In this document: positions 13,255 through 28,827 of the stretch, in pieces
How the letters are laid out: each line of letters begins with the position of its first letter
Numbering within the stretch: position 1 is the stretch's first letter
Assembly (NCBI GenBank): GCA_964016885.1
Contig: OZ024748.1
Coordinates: 53,444,001-53,508,000 of the forward strand
Source of the DNA: Eledone cirrhosa
Taxonomy: Eukaryota
Direction of reading: 5' to 3'
Length of the DNA stretch: 64,000 nt
Notes under the pieces: model-generated
Seen by the model: only the letters and a program-made list of their open reading frames with translations
Database searches by the model: none
Told to the model about the DNA's origin: nothing
Translations under genes and position numbers: made by a program

Positions 13255-13578
13255 AGGCACATGACTTCGTGGTTAGAGCATTGGCCTTGCAATCGAAAGG
13301 TTGTGAGTTCAATTCTCAGACCGGGTAATGTGTTGTTTCCTTGAGCAAGACACTTTATTTCACATTGTTCCAGTTTACTCAGCTGTAGAAATGAGATGAT
13401 AGGGACTGGGGTCCATATCATTCCACTGCAAAGTGGTCGTGGAGGTGCCACGGCAAAAAAGCACCCAGCACTCAATGTAAATGAGGTTGGTGTTAGGAAG
13501 GGCAGCCAGAATCAGTTCCCGTCCCACCCTTGCAGGCAGGGAAAAACGGACGTAAAATGATGATGATGATGATGATGA
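13255..13578 (+). mobile_element. Composite SINE: family B head plus family C/RTE-like tail
   Basis: gtggttagagcattggccttgcaatcgaaaggttgtgagttcaattc..; ends gcagggaaaaacggacgtaaaa(tga)n; siblings at 25789 and 50869. Confidence 0.88.
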
Positions 13579-13616
13579 TATCATTGCTTAATGTCCATCT
13601 TCCATCCATGCTAGCA

Positions 13617-13647
<31 letters not shown>

Positions 13648-13681
13648 GGTTGTATATATGGTGGTATATATATATATATTA

Positions 13682-13957
13682 TGTTGGTACCACAACATCC
13701 ATCCCGAAACAAATGAGGTCGTGTAGGTGTCACGACAAAAAAACACACAGTCCACGCTGTAATGTGGCCGTGTAGGTAACACGGTAAAAACCTCCCAGTC
13801 CACACTGTAAACGTGGTTGATGTTAGGAGGGGCATCCAGCCGTAGAAAACTCGCCAGACAGTCCTATGCGAGCAAGAAAACCACTCTTGCCTCAAGTGGG
13901 AAAACTCCCGTCCAAACTCATGCAAGCATGGAACATGGACGGATGATGATGATGATG
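13682..13957 (+). mobile_element. Family C SINE-like element
   Basis: Closely similar to 34165-34445; (GAT)n tail. Confidence 0.85.
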
Positions 13958-14199
13958 ATATATATATATATTAGCAGACACATTCATATGAGTGTGTATG
14001 TATGTAGATGACTGTCTCTACATGTATATGCGTGCGCTTGTGTGAGTATATGTAGATGTCTGTATATGTGCTTCTGTGTATGTGTGTACATACCTTGGGT
14101 GAATTAATATTGATAGATAAGCTATTTGCATTAAAAAAATGAAACTATTCATAATAAATGATTTTCTTCATTCCATTTCTTTCTCCCCCCCCCCCTCCC

Positions 14200-15617
<1,418 letters not shown>

Positions 15618-15754
15618 TCATTTAGCTGTATGGGATTACCTCAGAACAATTTATCAGGCAGTCATTAATGAACAAGGAATATTCTCTGAATGAGCAAATA
15701 ATGACTAAACATTTAGCTAGAGACAGTGTTTTGTTAGCGCTCTGTTGGAGTATA

Positions 15755-16910
15755 GTGAACTGGAGTGGTGTAGTGTGGTGTGGTGTAGTGTGGTGTGGTG
15801 TGGTGTGGTGTGGTGTGGTGTGGTGTGGTGTGGTGTGGTGTGGTGTAGTGGTGTGGTGTGGTGTAGTGTGGTGTGGTGTGGTGTGGTGGTGTGGGTGAAC
15901 TGGAGTGGTGTAGTGTGGTGTGATGTGGTGTGATGTGGACTGGAGCGGTGCAGTGGGGTGCTGTTTGGAGAGTTGCTGTGCTTTGGTGTAGAATAGTGTA
16001 GTGGTGTGGTGGTGTGTGGTGTAAAGTAGTGTACTGGAGTGGTGTGGAGTGGTGCAGAGTGGTGTGGTGTGATGTTGAGTAGTGTGGAGTGGTGTAGTGT
16101 GGAGTGGTGTAGTGTGGAGTGGTGTGGAGTTGATGATTTCTAATCTTGAGACAAGACCAACAATTGTTCAGAACAGTGTTGTTTGGAGTGGTGGTGTTTG
16201 GAGTGGTCTGTTGTGGTGTAGTGTTGTTTGGAGTGGTGTTGTTTTGAGTTGTCTGTTGTGGTGTAGTGTTATTTGGAGTGGTGTTGTTTTGAGTTGTCTG
16301 TTGTGGTGTAGTGTTATTTGGAGTGGTGTTGTTTGGAGTTGTCTGTTGTGGTGTAGTGTTGTTTGGAGTGGTCTGTTGTGGTGTAGTGTTGTTTGGAGTG
16401 GTCTGTTGTGGTGTAGTGTTGTTTGGAGTGGTGTTGTTTTGAGTTGTCTGTTGTGGTGTAGTGTTATTTGGAGTGGTGTTGTTTGGAGTTGTCTGTTGTG
16501 GTGTAGTGTTGTTTGGAGTGGTGTTGTTTGGAGTTGTCTGTTGTGGTGTAGTGCTGTTTGGAGTGGTCTGTTGTGGTGTAGTGTTGTTTGGAGTGGTCTG
16601 TTGTGGTGTGGTATTTTTTGGAGTGGGGTTGTTCAGTCATTTTTATTCAGGGTAGTGTTAATTAGAGTGGTGTGGGGTTGTTCGAACTGGAATTGTTTGG
16701 GGTAGTGTTGTTTGAGGTGGTGTTGTTTGAGGTGGTGTTGTTTGGGGTACTGGTGTTTGAGGTGGTGTTGGTTGAGGTGGTGTTGTTTGAGGTGGTGTTG
16801 GTTGAGGTGGTGTTGGTTGAGGTGGTGTTGTTTGAGGTGGTGTTGGTTGAGGTGGTGTTGTTTGGTGTAGTGTTGTTTGGTGTAGTGTTGTTTGGGGGTG
16901 GTGTGTTGTA
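15755..16910. repeat. GT-rich pentamer and 15/30-bp minisatellites
   Basis: (gtgtg)n, (gtgttgtttggagtggtctgttgtggtgta)n and (gaggtggtgttgttt)n. Confidence 0.92.
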
Positions 16911-17009
16911 GTCTGATGTTCTTTGGTAAGGTGTGTTGTGGAGTGCTGCCACACCATCGTGGTGTGTGTGTGTATGCATATATGTATGTATGTATATCTG
17001 TATGTGTGT

Positions 17010-17958
17010 AAGAGATGTAGGGTGTATGTGTGTATGAGATGTCGGGTGTATATATGTATGTGATATAGAGTGTATGTATGTATATATTGGATGTAGGGTG
17101 TGTATATATGCATGTGATATATAGTGTATATATGTATATATGGGATGTAGGGTGTGTATATATGTATGTGATATAGAGTGTATGTATGTATATATATGAT
17201 GTAGGGTGTGTATATATGTATGTGATATAGAGTGTATGTATGGGATGTAGGGTGTGTATATGTGTATGTGATATAGGGTGTATGTATGTATATATGGTAT
17301 GTAGGGTGTGTATATATGTATGTGATATAGAGTGTATGTATGTATATATATGATGTAGGGTGTGTATATATGTATGTGATATAGAGTGTATGTATGTATA
17401 TATATGGGATGTAGGGTGTGTATATATGTATGTGATATAGAGTGTATGTATGTATATATGGGATGTAGGGTGTGTATATATGTATGTGATATAGAGTGTA
17501 TGTATGTATATATGGGATGTAGGGTGTGTATATATGTATGTGATATAGAGTGTATGTATATATATGAGATGTAGGGTGTGTATATATGTATGTGATATAG
17601 AGTGTATGTATGTATATATATGGGATGTAGGGTGTGTATATATGTATGTGATATAGAGTGTATGTATGTATATATGGGATGTAGGGTGTGTATATATGTA
17701 TGTGATATAGAGTGTATGTATGTATATATGGGATGTAGGGTGTGTATATATGTATGTGATATAGAGTGTATGTATATATATGGGATGTAGGGTGTGTATA
17801 TATGTATGTGATATAGAGTGTATGTATGTATATATATGATGTAGGGTGTGTATATATGTATGTGATATAGAGTGTATGTATGTATATATATGATGTAGGG
17901 TGTGTATATATGTATGTGATATAGAGTGTATATATATATATGGGATGTAGGGTATGTA
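17010..17958. repeat. ~54-bp minisatellite, ~17 copies
   Basis: (gatgtagggtgtgtatatatgtatgtgatatagagtgtatgtatgtatatatgg)n. Confidence 0.95.
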
Positions 17959-18047
17959 TATTAATGTCAGATGATCATCTAAAATTTAGATTCTAAATGT
18001 TGGCTTAGTTTTTATCAGGCTGCCTAATTTTGTTTTTTGAAATAATA

Positions 18048-19905
18048 CCATCATCACCATCACCATCACCATCATCACCATCATCATCACCACCACCATC
18101 ACCATCATCACCACCATCATCACCACCATCACCACCACCATCATCATCACCACCACCATCATCATCATCATCATCATCATCACCACCATCATCACCATCA
18201 TCACCACCATCATCACCACCATCACCACCCCCATCATCATCACCACCACCATCATCATCATCATCATCACCACCACCATCATCACCACCACCACCATCAC
18301 CACCATCATCACCACCATCATCATCACCACCACCATCACCACCATCATCATTATCATTGTAATTTATTTATATTAATTTTCAGTTATTTTTTTAATTAGT
18401 TTTTATGTTTTTTGTCTTATTTATTATTAATATATGTTTTATATATTTTTTATAATTATCACTATCATCACCTCCACCATCACCATCACCTACACCACCA
18501 CCACCACCACTATCATCATCATCACCACCACCACCACACACCACCACCACCACCACCACCATCATCATCACCATCACCATCACCATCATCACCACCACCA
18601 TCACCACCACCACCACCACCACCACCATCACCATCATCACCACCACCATCACCTACACCACCACCACCACCACTATCATGGTGGTGGTGATGTTGGTGGT
18701 GGTGGTGATGGTGGTGGTGGTGGTGGTGGTGGTGGTGGTGGTGGTGGTGGTGGTGACGGTGGTGGTGGTGGTGATGGTGATGTTGGTGGTGATGGTGGTG
18801 GTGGTGGTGGTGGTGGTGGTGGTGGTGATGTTGGTGGTGGTGGTGGTGGTGCTGGTGCTGGTGGTGGTGCTGGTGCTGGTGGTGGTGGTGGTGATGATTG
18901 TAGTGATAATGATGATAGTGGTGGTCGTGTTAGTGGTGGTGTTGGCTGTAGTGGTGGTGTTGCTTTAGTTGTTGTTGGTAGTGGTGGCGTTTGGGGGACC
19001 ATGGTGGTGCTGGTGCTGATTGTGGTGGTGGTGTTGTTGTTGATGCTGGTGGTATTTGGGGGACCATGGTGGTGCTGGTGCTGATTGTGGTGGTGGTGTT
19101 AGTGGTGGTTGGAGTGGTGGTCATGATCGTGGTGGTGGCAGTGATGATTGTGGTGGTGGTGGTGATGCTGCTGCTGCTGTTGGTGCTCGTAGGAGTAGTG
19201 GTAGTCATGATCATGGTGGTGGTGGTGGTGGTGGTGGTGGTGGTGGTGGTGTTGGTGTTAATGGGAGTGGTGGTCTTGATCATGGTGGTGTTGTTGGTGG
19301 TGTGGTGATGTTAGGGGCCATAGTGGTGGTGGTGCTGATGGTGGTGGTCGTGGTGGTGTTAGTGTTAATTGGAGTGGTGGTCTTGATCATGGTGGTGGTG
19401 GTGTTGGTGATGTGCTGATGTTAGGGGCCATGGTGGTGGTGGTGCTGATGGTGGTGGTGGTGTTGGTGGTGTGGTGATGTTAGGGGCCATGATGGTGGTG
19501 GTGGTGGTGGTGGTGGTGGTGGTGGTGGTGGTGGTGGTGTTAGTGTTAATTGGAGTGGTGGTCTTGATCATGGTGGTGGTGTTGGTGGTGTGGTGATGTT
19601 AGGGGCCATAGTAGTGGTGGTGCTGATGGTGGTGGTGGTGCTGATGGTGGTGGTGGTGGTGGTGGTGGTGGTGGTGGTGTTAGTGTTAATTGGAGTGGTG
19701 GTCTTGATCATGGTGGTGGTAGTGTTGGTGATGTGCTGATGTTAGGGGCCATGGTGGTGGTGCTGATGGTGGTGTGGTGGTGGTACTGATAGTGGTGGTG
19801 GTGGTGTTAGTGTTAATTGGAGTGGTGGTCTTGATCATGGTGGTGGTGGTGTTGGTGATGTGCTGATGTTAGGGGCCATGGTGGTGGTGCTGATGGTGGT
19901 GGTGA
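18048..19905. repeat. (ACC/ATC)n then (GGT)n tracts with a higher-order unit
   Basis: Strand flip at ~18677; recurring gttagtgttaattggagtggtggtcttgatcatgg..gttaggggccat at 19250-19890. Confidence 0.93.
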
Positions 19906-20254
19906 CATTGGCAGTGTCAGTGCTGCCAGTAATGGGAGTGGATAATCAAAAACTCTACAAAAATATTTGGGAAATGACTGGACCAAAACAGAAATGATGC
20001 AAATGTAGAATATAAAGAATAAAATAAAATTCAAATATAATTTACGAAAATAAATGAATAAAATAATTACCCCCACCCCCACCCTGTCCGTGCACCCACC
20101 CACACCCCACCCATCCACCCATCCATCCACCCATCCACATATATATCACTGAATCTTACGATATATACACACTGATACGTAATCACATGTAGACTGCTTC
20201 TCTGACACACAAAATCATATATATTCACTCCCATAAAAAACATTTTTATATCAC

Positions 20255-21645
<1,391 letters not shown>

Positions 21646-21849
21646 TTACATGCAAGTGTCATTATGGTGAGATGCATTTCTCAAGAAATACACGAGAAAG
21701 AAAAAGAAAGAAAGAAAGGAGGAAAGAAAGGAGGAAGGTGAAGAGAGAAGACACCATAAGATAATATTTCTTACGTCATCTTAATATCTTCATTTCGGCA
21801 GCACATCTTTCTTTGTCACTTCATATATTATGTAATAAACAACAACGAC

Positions 21850-23213
21850 GATGATGATGATGATAATGGTGGTGGTGGTGGTGGTGGTGGTGGTGGTGGT
21901 GGTGGTGGTGGTGGTGGTGGTGGTGGTGGTGATGGTGGTTGTGGTGGTGGTAGTTGGGTGGTGGTGGTGGTGGTGGTTGTGGTGGTGGTGGTGGTGGTGG
22001 TGGTGGTGGTGGTGGTGGTGGTAGTTGGGGTGGTGGTGGTGGTGGTGGTGGTGGTGGTGGTTGTGATAGTGATGGTGGTGGTGTTGATGATGGTGGTGCT
22101 GGTGGTAGTGGTGGTGGTGGTGGTGGTAGTGTTAGTTGTGGTGGTGGTGGTGGTGGTAGTGTTGGTGGTGGCGGTGGTAGTGGTGGTGGTGGTGGTAGTG
22201 GTGGTGGTGGTGGTGGTGGTGGTGGTAGTTGGGGTGGTGGTGGTGGTGGTGGTCGTGGTGGTGGTGGTGGTTGTGATAGTGATGGTGGTGGTGTTGATGA
22301 TGGTGGTGCTGGTGGTAGTGGTGGTGGTGGTGGTGGTAGTGTTAGTTGTGGTGGTGGTGGTGGTGGTAGTGTTGGTGGTGGCGGTGGTAGTGGTGGTGGT
22401 GGTGGTAGTGGTGGTGGTGGTGGTGGTGGTGGTGGTAGTTGGGGTGGTGGTGGTGGTGGTGGTAGTGTTAGTTGTGGTGGTGGTGGTGGTGGTAGTGTTA
22501 GTTGTGGTGGTGGTGGTGGTGGTAGTGTTGGTGGTGGTGGTGGTGGTGGTGGTAGTGGTGGTGGTGGTGGTGGTGGTGGTAGTTGGGGTGGTGGTGGTGG
22601 TGGTGGTAGTGTTAGTAGTGGTGGTGGTGGTGGTGGTGGTAGTGTTAGTTGTGGTGGTGGTGGTGGTGGTAGTGTTGGTGGTGGCGGTGGTAGTGGTGGT
22701 GGTGGTGGTAGTGGTGGTGGTGGTGGTGGTAGTGGTTGTGGTGGTGGTGGTGGTAGTGTTAGTTGTGTTGGTGGTGGTGGTGCTGGTGGTGCTGGTGCTG
22801 GTGCCAGCTGTGGTGTTGGTGTTGGTTGTGATAGTGATGGTGGTGGTGTTGATGGTGGTGGCGGTGGTGGTGTTGATGGTGGTTGTAGTGCTGATGGTGG
22901 TGGTGGCGGTGGCGCCAGCTGTGGTATTGGTGGTGGTGTTGATGGTGCTGGTGGTGGCGGTGGTGCCAGCTGTGGTATTGGTGGTGGTGTTGATGATGGT
23001 GGTGCTGGTGGTGGTGGTGGTAGTTGTGGTGGTGATAATGATAGTAGGGGTTGTTGTAGTGGATGTAGTGGTGGGGGTGTTGGTGGTGGTGGGTGTCGTT
23101 GTTGTCACTGGCGAGGCTGTTTTTGTTGTGGTTATGATGGTGATGGTGTTGATGGTGGTGATGATTGTATTGTTGTTGTTGCTGTTGTCAGTGGTGGGGG
23201 GGGTGATGATTGT

Positions 23214-23248
<35 letters not shown>

Positions 23249-23471
23249 CTGTAGTAATGGTGGTGGTGGTGGTGGTAATTGTAATTGTGTTTGTAGTGGT
23301 AGTCATTATCATCATAGCAGTCGTTGTAGCAGTGGTGGGGTGGTGGAGGTGGTGGGCTTGTGGGGGTGGTGGTGTTGGTGGTGCTGGTGGGTTTGTGGTG
23401 GTGGAGGTGGTGGTGGAGGTGGTGGTGTAGGTGGTGGTGGAGGTGGTGTTGTTGATGGTCATGATGATGAT
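21850..23471. repeat. (GGT)n compound microsatellite
   Basis: Source of the poly-G/V/T ORFs. Confidence 0.96.
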
Positions 23472-23717
23472 TAAAGTTGTTCTTTATGTTGTTTTAATAT
23501 GCTGTTACTGTTTTGTTTTTAAAAAGAGGGTAATATTATGAAAATAAAGGGATGGTAGACCCGAGTATAGAGAGGGGGGGGGGGGTGAAATATAGATTGC
23601 TTATTAACAATGAAGGCTGCTAGATTAAGGATTGTTTACTTAAATAAAGGAAATTTTATGCTACTGTATTATAGATATATATATATGTATGTATATATAT
23701 ATATGTATTTATATATG

Positions 23718-23753
<36 letters not shown>

Positions 23754-23773
23754 AGTATATATATATATGTGTG

Positions 23774-23812
<39 letters not shown>

Positions 23813-23875
23813 ATATATATATGTGTATATATATATATATATTATATATATCTATTATATATATATATATATATA

Positions 23876-24222
23876 TCATCATCATCATTTTACATGCGCT
23901 TTTCCCTGCTTGCAAGGGTGGGACGGGTCTTATTCAGCACAGCATCTCTCCACTTGTCACGGTCCTTCGTCATCTCCACCGTGAGCTTCAGCGATCTGAG
24001 GTCTGTTCTCACCACCTCCACCCATGTTTTTTGTGGTCTACCTCTACCACGTCTTCCTTCAACTGGCATTTCCTGGCACTTCTTCACCAATCGGTCATTC
24101 TCCATGCGCATCACATGTCCATACCACCTCAGTCTCCTCTCTCGCACACAACATTCTATCCCTCTCAGACACAGTTTATCTCTCAACACATCCTGCTGGA
24201 TTGTTCATGCACATTGACATTG
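23876..24222 (-). mobile_element. RTE-clade LINE 3' fragment
   Basis: Translates ..[49 protein letters not shown].., typical of the RTE ORF C-terminus; (GAT)n tail. Confidence 0.92.
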
Positions 24223-24225
24223 CAC

Positions 24226-24262
<37 letters not shown>

Positions 24263-24264
24263 AT

Positions 24265-24432
24265 TAGATGCGAAATAATCTCAGTGGAAGGAAGATGCAT
24301 TAGAGGAAGACCACAGAAAACATGGGTGGAGGTGGTGAGAGCTGACCTCAAATCGCTGAAGCTGACAGAGGAGATGCCGAAGGACCGTTGCAAACAGGGA
24401 AAAACGGACATGAAATGATGATGATGATAATG
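24265..24432 (+). mobile_element. RTE LINE 3' fragment, inverted relative to 23876-24222
   Basis: gtggaaggaagatgcattagaggaagaccacagaaaacatgggtggaggtggtgagagctgacctc; GAT tail. Confidence 0.85.
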
Positions 24433-24468
24433 ATATATATATATATATATATACACATATATATATAC

Positions 24469-24508
<40 letters not shown>

Positions 24509-24609
24509 TGAGGGCGGCCGACCGAACTAGAAGCTGCTAAATGTGTGGTCGCCCTCTTGTCCCTTTGCCTATTCAGCCCAATGGATTACATTCCTTTGTT
24601 AAATTTTGA

Positions 24610-24667
24610 ATACCTGATGATGTCACCGGATTCATACTGAACCCGGTCATTGAAATGTTCATAGTAT
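24610..24667 (+). ncRNA. Hammerhead ribozyme motif (type I, intact core)
   Basis: atac-CTGATGA-tgtcaccggattcatactgaacccggtcatt-GAAA-tgttca-TA-gtat; stem I atac/gtat, stem II accgg..ttca/tgaa..ccggt, stem III atg/cat; AATAAA follows. Confidence 0.75.
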
Positions 24668-24710
24668 AATAAACCTTTAAGGAATTACACCAGTCCTGCC
24701 TCCTCTTATT

Positions 24711-24759
<49 letters not shown>

Positions 24760-25000
24760 AAAATTATCAAAGGGGGGACAAGACACCGAACGGAAACAAA
24801 ACAAAATGCAAAACAATGTTTTAAGGGGAAACCTTAAAAAATTATTTTTTAAAAATAAAATATGAATGAAGAACACAGAAGTCCAAGGTCATCGGTCGTT
24901 GAGATGGACTTGGGCATTTTTGAACCCTACCAATGGTACTGAAGGTCTAACCGGGGTCACAGCATCTGACATAAGCCAAACAATGTCCAGTATATATATA

Positions 25001-25195
25001 TTGGGATAGAACCAGTTTTAAACTAGTTTGACTGGTCGGACGCCATGCTTTGACATATAGAGTTACGGCCCTTGCCATTCTGAGTTCAAATCCCGCCGAG
25101 GTTAACTTTGCCTTTCATCCTTACGGGATCGATAAAATAAAGTACCAGTAATGCACTGGGTAATTGCTGGCCTTGTGCCTAACGTAGAAACAATT
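25001..25195 (+). mobile_element. SINE family A
   Basis: gagttcaaatcccgccgaggttaactttgcctttcatcc..gtagaaacaatt. Confidence 0.88.
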
Positions 25196-25788
25196 ATTAC
25201 TCAACAGATTACTCAATGCTTGGGATAGTAGAGTATGGCAATATTATAAAGAGTCTGTCCCCGACAGCTGAGCTCTTGCCATTTCATCAGTTAGCTCCAT
25301 CCACCATCTCTCACTCTGTTAAATCCCTCCACTTTTAGCACTTACCCATGACATATATCCCCACCCTCACCTGTAGGGTAGAGAGGGCTCTTTATTTGAG
25401 TCGATGATGCCAACCTATCTAGTGCTGGTGCTATAATAAAGACACCCATTACACCCTGTAAGGTGGTTGCTGATAAGAAGGGCACTCTATTGTAGAAACC
25501 ATGCCAAAACAGGTTAAGAGGACTCTACAATAGTGTCAACAGCATGAGAACCTTCCTAATGTTGGGGATCTATATCACAAATGAAACAAGTACACTCTGC
25601 ACTTTCTAGAGTATGGGATTGTATGTAAGCAAGAGACAGCCGCTACCCCACCCCACCACAGCCCATTTGAGAGGTCTACAGCCCCTCTTGAATACTGACA
25701 TTGCTTATGAAAACACACCCAAGCATTACTAGCAGGGAAAACAGGTAATGATAATTATGATAATGTTATATCTATCATCTATATATAT

Positions 25789-26186
25789 GGAGACACATGG
25801 CTTAGTGGTTAGAGCATTGGGCTTGCAATCGAAAGGTTGTGAGTTCAATTCTCAGACTGGGTGATGTGTTGTTTCCTTGAGTAAGACACTTTATTTCACA
25901 TTGCTCCAGTTTACTCAGCTGTAGAAATGAGATGATAGGGACTGGGGTCCCTATCATTCCACTGTAAAGTGGTCGTGGAGGTGCCATGGCAAAAAAAAGC
26001 ACCCAGCACTCACTGTAAATGAGGTTGGTGTTAGGAAGGGCATCCAGCTGTAGAAATCAAGCCAGAATCAGTTCTGTATGAGAAAAACATGGTCACCAGA
26101 CCTGGCATTGCTCACAACAGGACAACCCATCTAACCCATGCTAACGTGGAAGAATGGACGTAAAACGTTGATGATGATGATGATGA
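25789..26186 (+). mobile_element. Composite SINE (family B head plus full family C tail)
   Basis: Same head as 13255 and 50869; ends ggacgtaaaacgttgatgatgat. Confidence 0.88.
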
Positions 26187-26691
26187 TATATATATATATA
26201 TATCATGACCATCATATATATATATATATATATATATCATCATCACCATTTTACGTCCATTCTTCCATGCTAGCATGGGTTAGACGGGTTGTCCTGTTGT
26301 GGACAAATTCAAACATTTTTATTTATCTAGATATATAGACAGGTATGTATACCAAATTTACATATTTCCCCATAAATTGAGAAATTGCTAAACACCTTTA
26401 ATCAATTTTCAAACCTCTAAAGAACCACAGGGAAATATGTATCCAACAGGTTTAAATACCATAACACATATAGTAGTGTACTGAAATTGTTGTACTGATA
26501 AGCTTATTATTACAGCTCATGTTGGTAGTTAATTAATATATAAGGTTGTGCACTAAACAGCCCAAGTATATTTACATATTATATATTACATGTAATATAT
26601 ATAAATATATATAATATATATACATATATATTATTATATATGATATATATAAATACATAAATATATAATATATATATATATATCATATATA

Positions 26692-27548
26692 TATTCATTT
26701 AAATTATTGATTTATTGATTTATTGATATTTTTTATCTGATTGTCCCGAATCTTCTATTATCGATTTTTTTATCGTACGGTTGATTTTAGACTTGTTCTA
26801 TGTGTGACGGTATTTTAACGATAGTTATAGCTCTGATTCATCTGAATTATTGAGCCCTCTGCCGCTCATTTCGAATTTTGTTTATCGTGAACTCGTGCGC
26901 CGATTTTTCGATACTCGATCATTCTAATATTTTTAGCTCTGGACATAGCTATCCACCAGTTAATTTTATTGCTCATTTTTTGTCGATTCTATTGAGTGAT
27001 GAATAGCTCCTGTTTTATTTTAACATGTCTATTGAGCACTTTTATTCGATATGTGTATTTCCACATTTCCTCGAATAGTTTTCGCGGATGTAGAGGTTAT
27101 CTCCCTTGCCGGATTCCATGTGCGTATTTTGCTTGTAGTTAGCCTCTTATCCGTTAGGACGAAGCTCGTTGAAGAAGTAAATTTCCAGTCCGCTTATTCT
27201 AGAAGTCTTATATATTTATATGTGAGCTGATAGAGTACAGTCTAAGGATTTACAGAAACCCAAGAAGCTAGATTTAACACCTTTCTAGTGGGTCCGGGTA
27301 TGATTTTACATTCATTTAAATTATTGATTTATTGATTTATTAATATTTTTTATCAGATTGTCCCGAATCTTCTATTATCGATTTTTTTATCGTACGGTTG
27401 ATTTTAGACTTGTTCTATGTGTGATGGTATTTTAACGATAGTTATAGCTCTGATTCATCTGAATTATTGAGCCCTCTGCCGCTCATTTCGAATTTTGTTT
27501 ATCGTGAACTCGTGCGCCGATTTTTCGATACTCGATCATTCTAATATA
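26692..27548. repeat. ~240-bp direct repeat pair (26692-26930 and 27310-27548), partial-tandem element
   Basis: Near-identical copies ~617 bp apart; the whole unit is bounded by AT-rich simple repeats. Confidence 0.9.
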
Positions 27549-27611
27549 TATATTATTATTATTATTAGTTACATATTATATATTACATATAATATATATA
27601 AATATATAAAT

Positions 27612-27704
27612 ATAACTTTGCCTTTCATCCTTTCGTGGTCGATAAAATAAAGTACCAGTAATGTACTGGGTAATTGCTGGCCTTGTGCCAAAAGTAGAAA
27701 CAAT

Positions 27705-27706
<2 letters not shown>
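27612..27706 (+). mobile_element. SINE family A, 3' half
   Basis: aactttgcctttcatcc..gtagaaacaatt. Confidence 0.85.
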
Positions 27707-27781
<75 letters not shown>

Positions 27782-28202
27782 CACACAAACATGAGCTTTC
27801 CCAACATTAATTAATAAAAAAATTGATATTTCTTGTTATAGATAAAAGTTCCTGAACAGAAATTATTTTTTACATAAATTTAATTAATTAGTTAATATCT
27901 AATTAAATAGAAGATTAAATAATTAATTTTTTTTTTCATAAAAACTATTTTCATGACCTTTTTTATGATGTTTTTCTATTTTTTTAAAATATAGTTAATA
28001 CAAAAATGTTTTATAATTTCTTATTTAATTGATTACGTAATTATATGATAGCTTTTGATAAAGATATTTTAATGAAATAATTGCTGCATATATTTTGCTT
28101 ACTCACTTCATGTACTCTGATGGAGGGAAGGGGATTGGCAGATTGTTCTTTCAACTTGGTTCAAAGTCTTGATCTAACCTGTTTAATTCTGGTTTAATAT
28201 CA

Positions 28203-28271
<69 letters not shown>

Positions 28272-28273
<2 letters not shown>

Positions 28274-28480
28274 GATTGCTTAACGTCCATTTTCCACGTT
28301 AGCATGGGTTAGACAGGTTGTCCCATTACAGGCAAGTTCGGTCAGGTGACCATATCTTGCTCATATAGGACTCTTTCTGGATCCATTTCTAGAGCTGGTT
28401 GCCCTTCCTAATGCCGACCACATTTACAGCGTGTCCTGGGTGCTTTTGCCGTGACTCCTACACAACCACTTTACAGCGTA
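28272..28480 (-). mobile_element. Family C SINE-like element
   Basis: Reverse complement of the family C body. Confidence 0.8.
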
Positions 28481-28494
28481 CATATATATATATT

Positions 28495-28827
28495 TAAGGA
28501 CAAACTATAAACTAAATAACATCTCTTGTACTAGAATGATCATGTTTTCCTTGGCCTTTTTCATACGGATACACTATATACATATGTCCATACACACATA
28601 TGATTGCAAGAGATCTCAACATGAATGGACTTGTTATTTTTATCTAAAGACATTTTGTCCCAATTCCAACCCGCCCGTCCCCTCAATCTATCTTATTTCT
28701 CATTCTTTCTTCTGATGAAGGACTAGCGTCCGAAACGTTAAGACACTCTTCCTGCTATTTCAAGCATTAACCTAATATATCCCTTCCATAAACTGTACCG
28801 ATTGTGTTGTTATTTCTGTTTACCTTT

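Noticed and set aside
21828-23474. Gly-, Thr- and Val-rich ORFs of ~500 aa (mucin- or structural-protein-like)
   Set aside because: Pure GGT microsatellite, open on both strands, with no codon variety or signal peptide
28100-28185. Minus-strand exon candidate (aacag|..|gtgagt)
   Set aside because: Stop codons in all three frames
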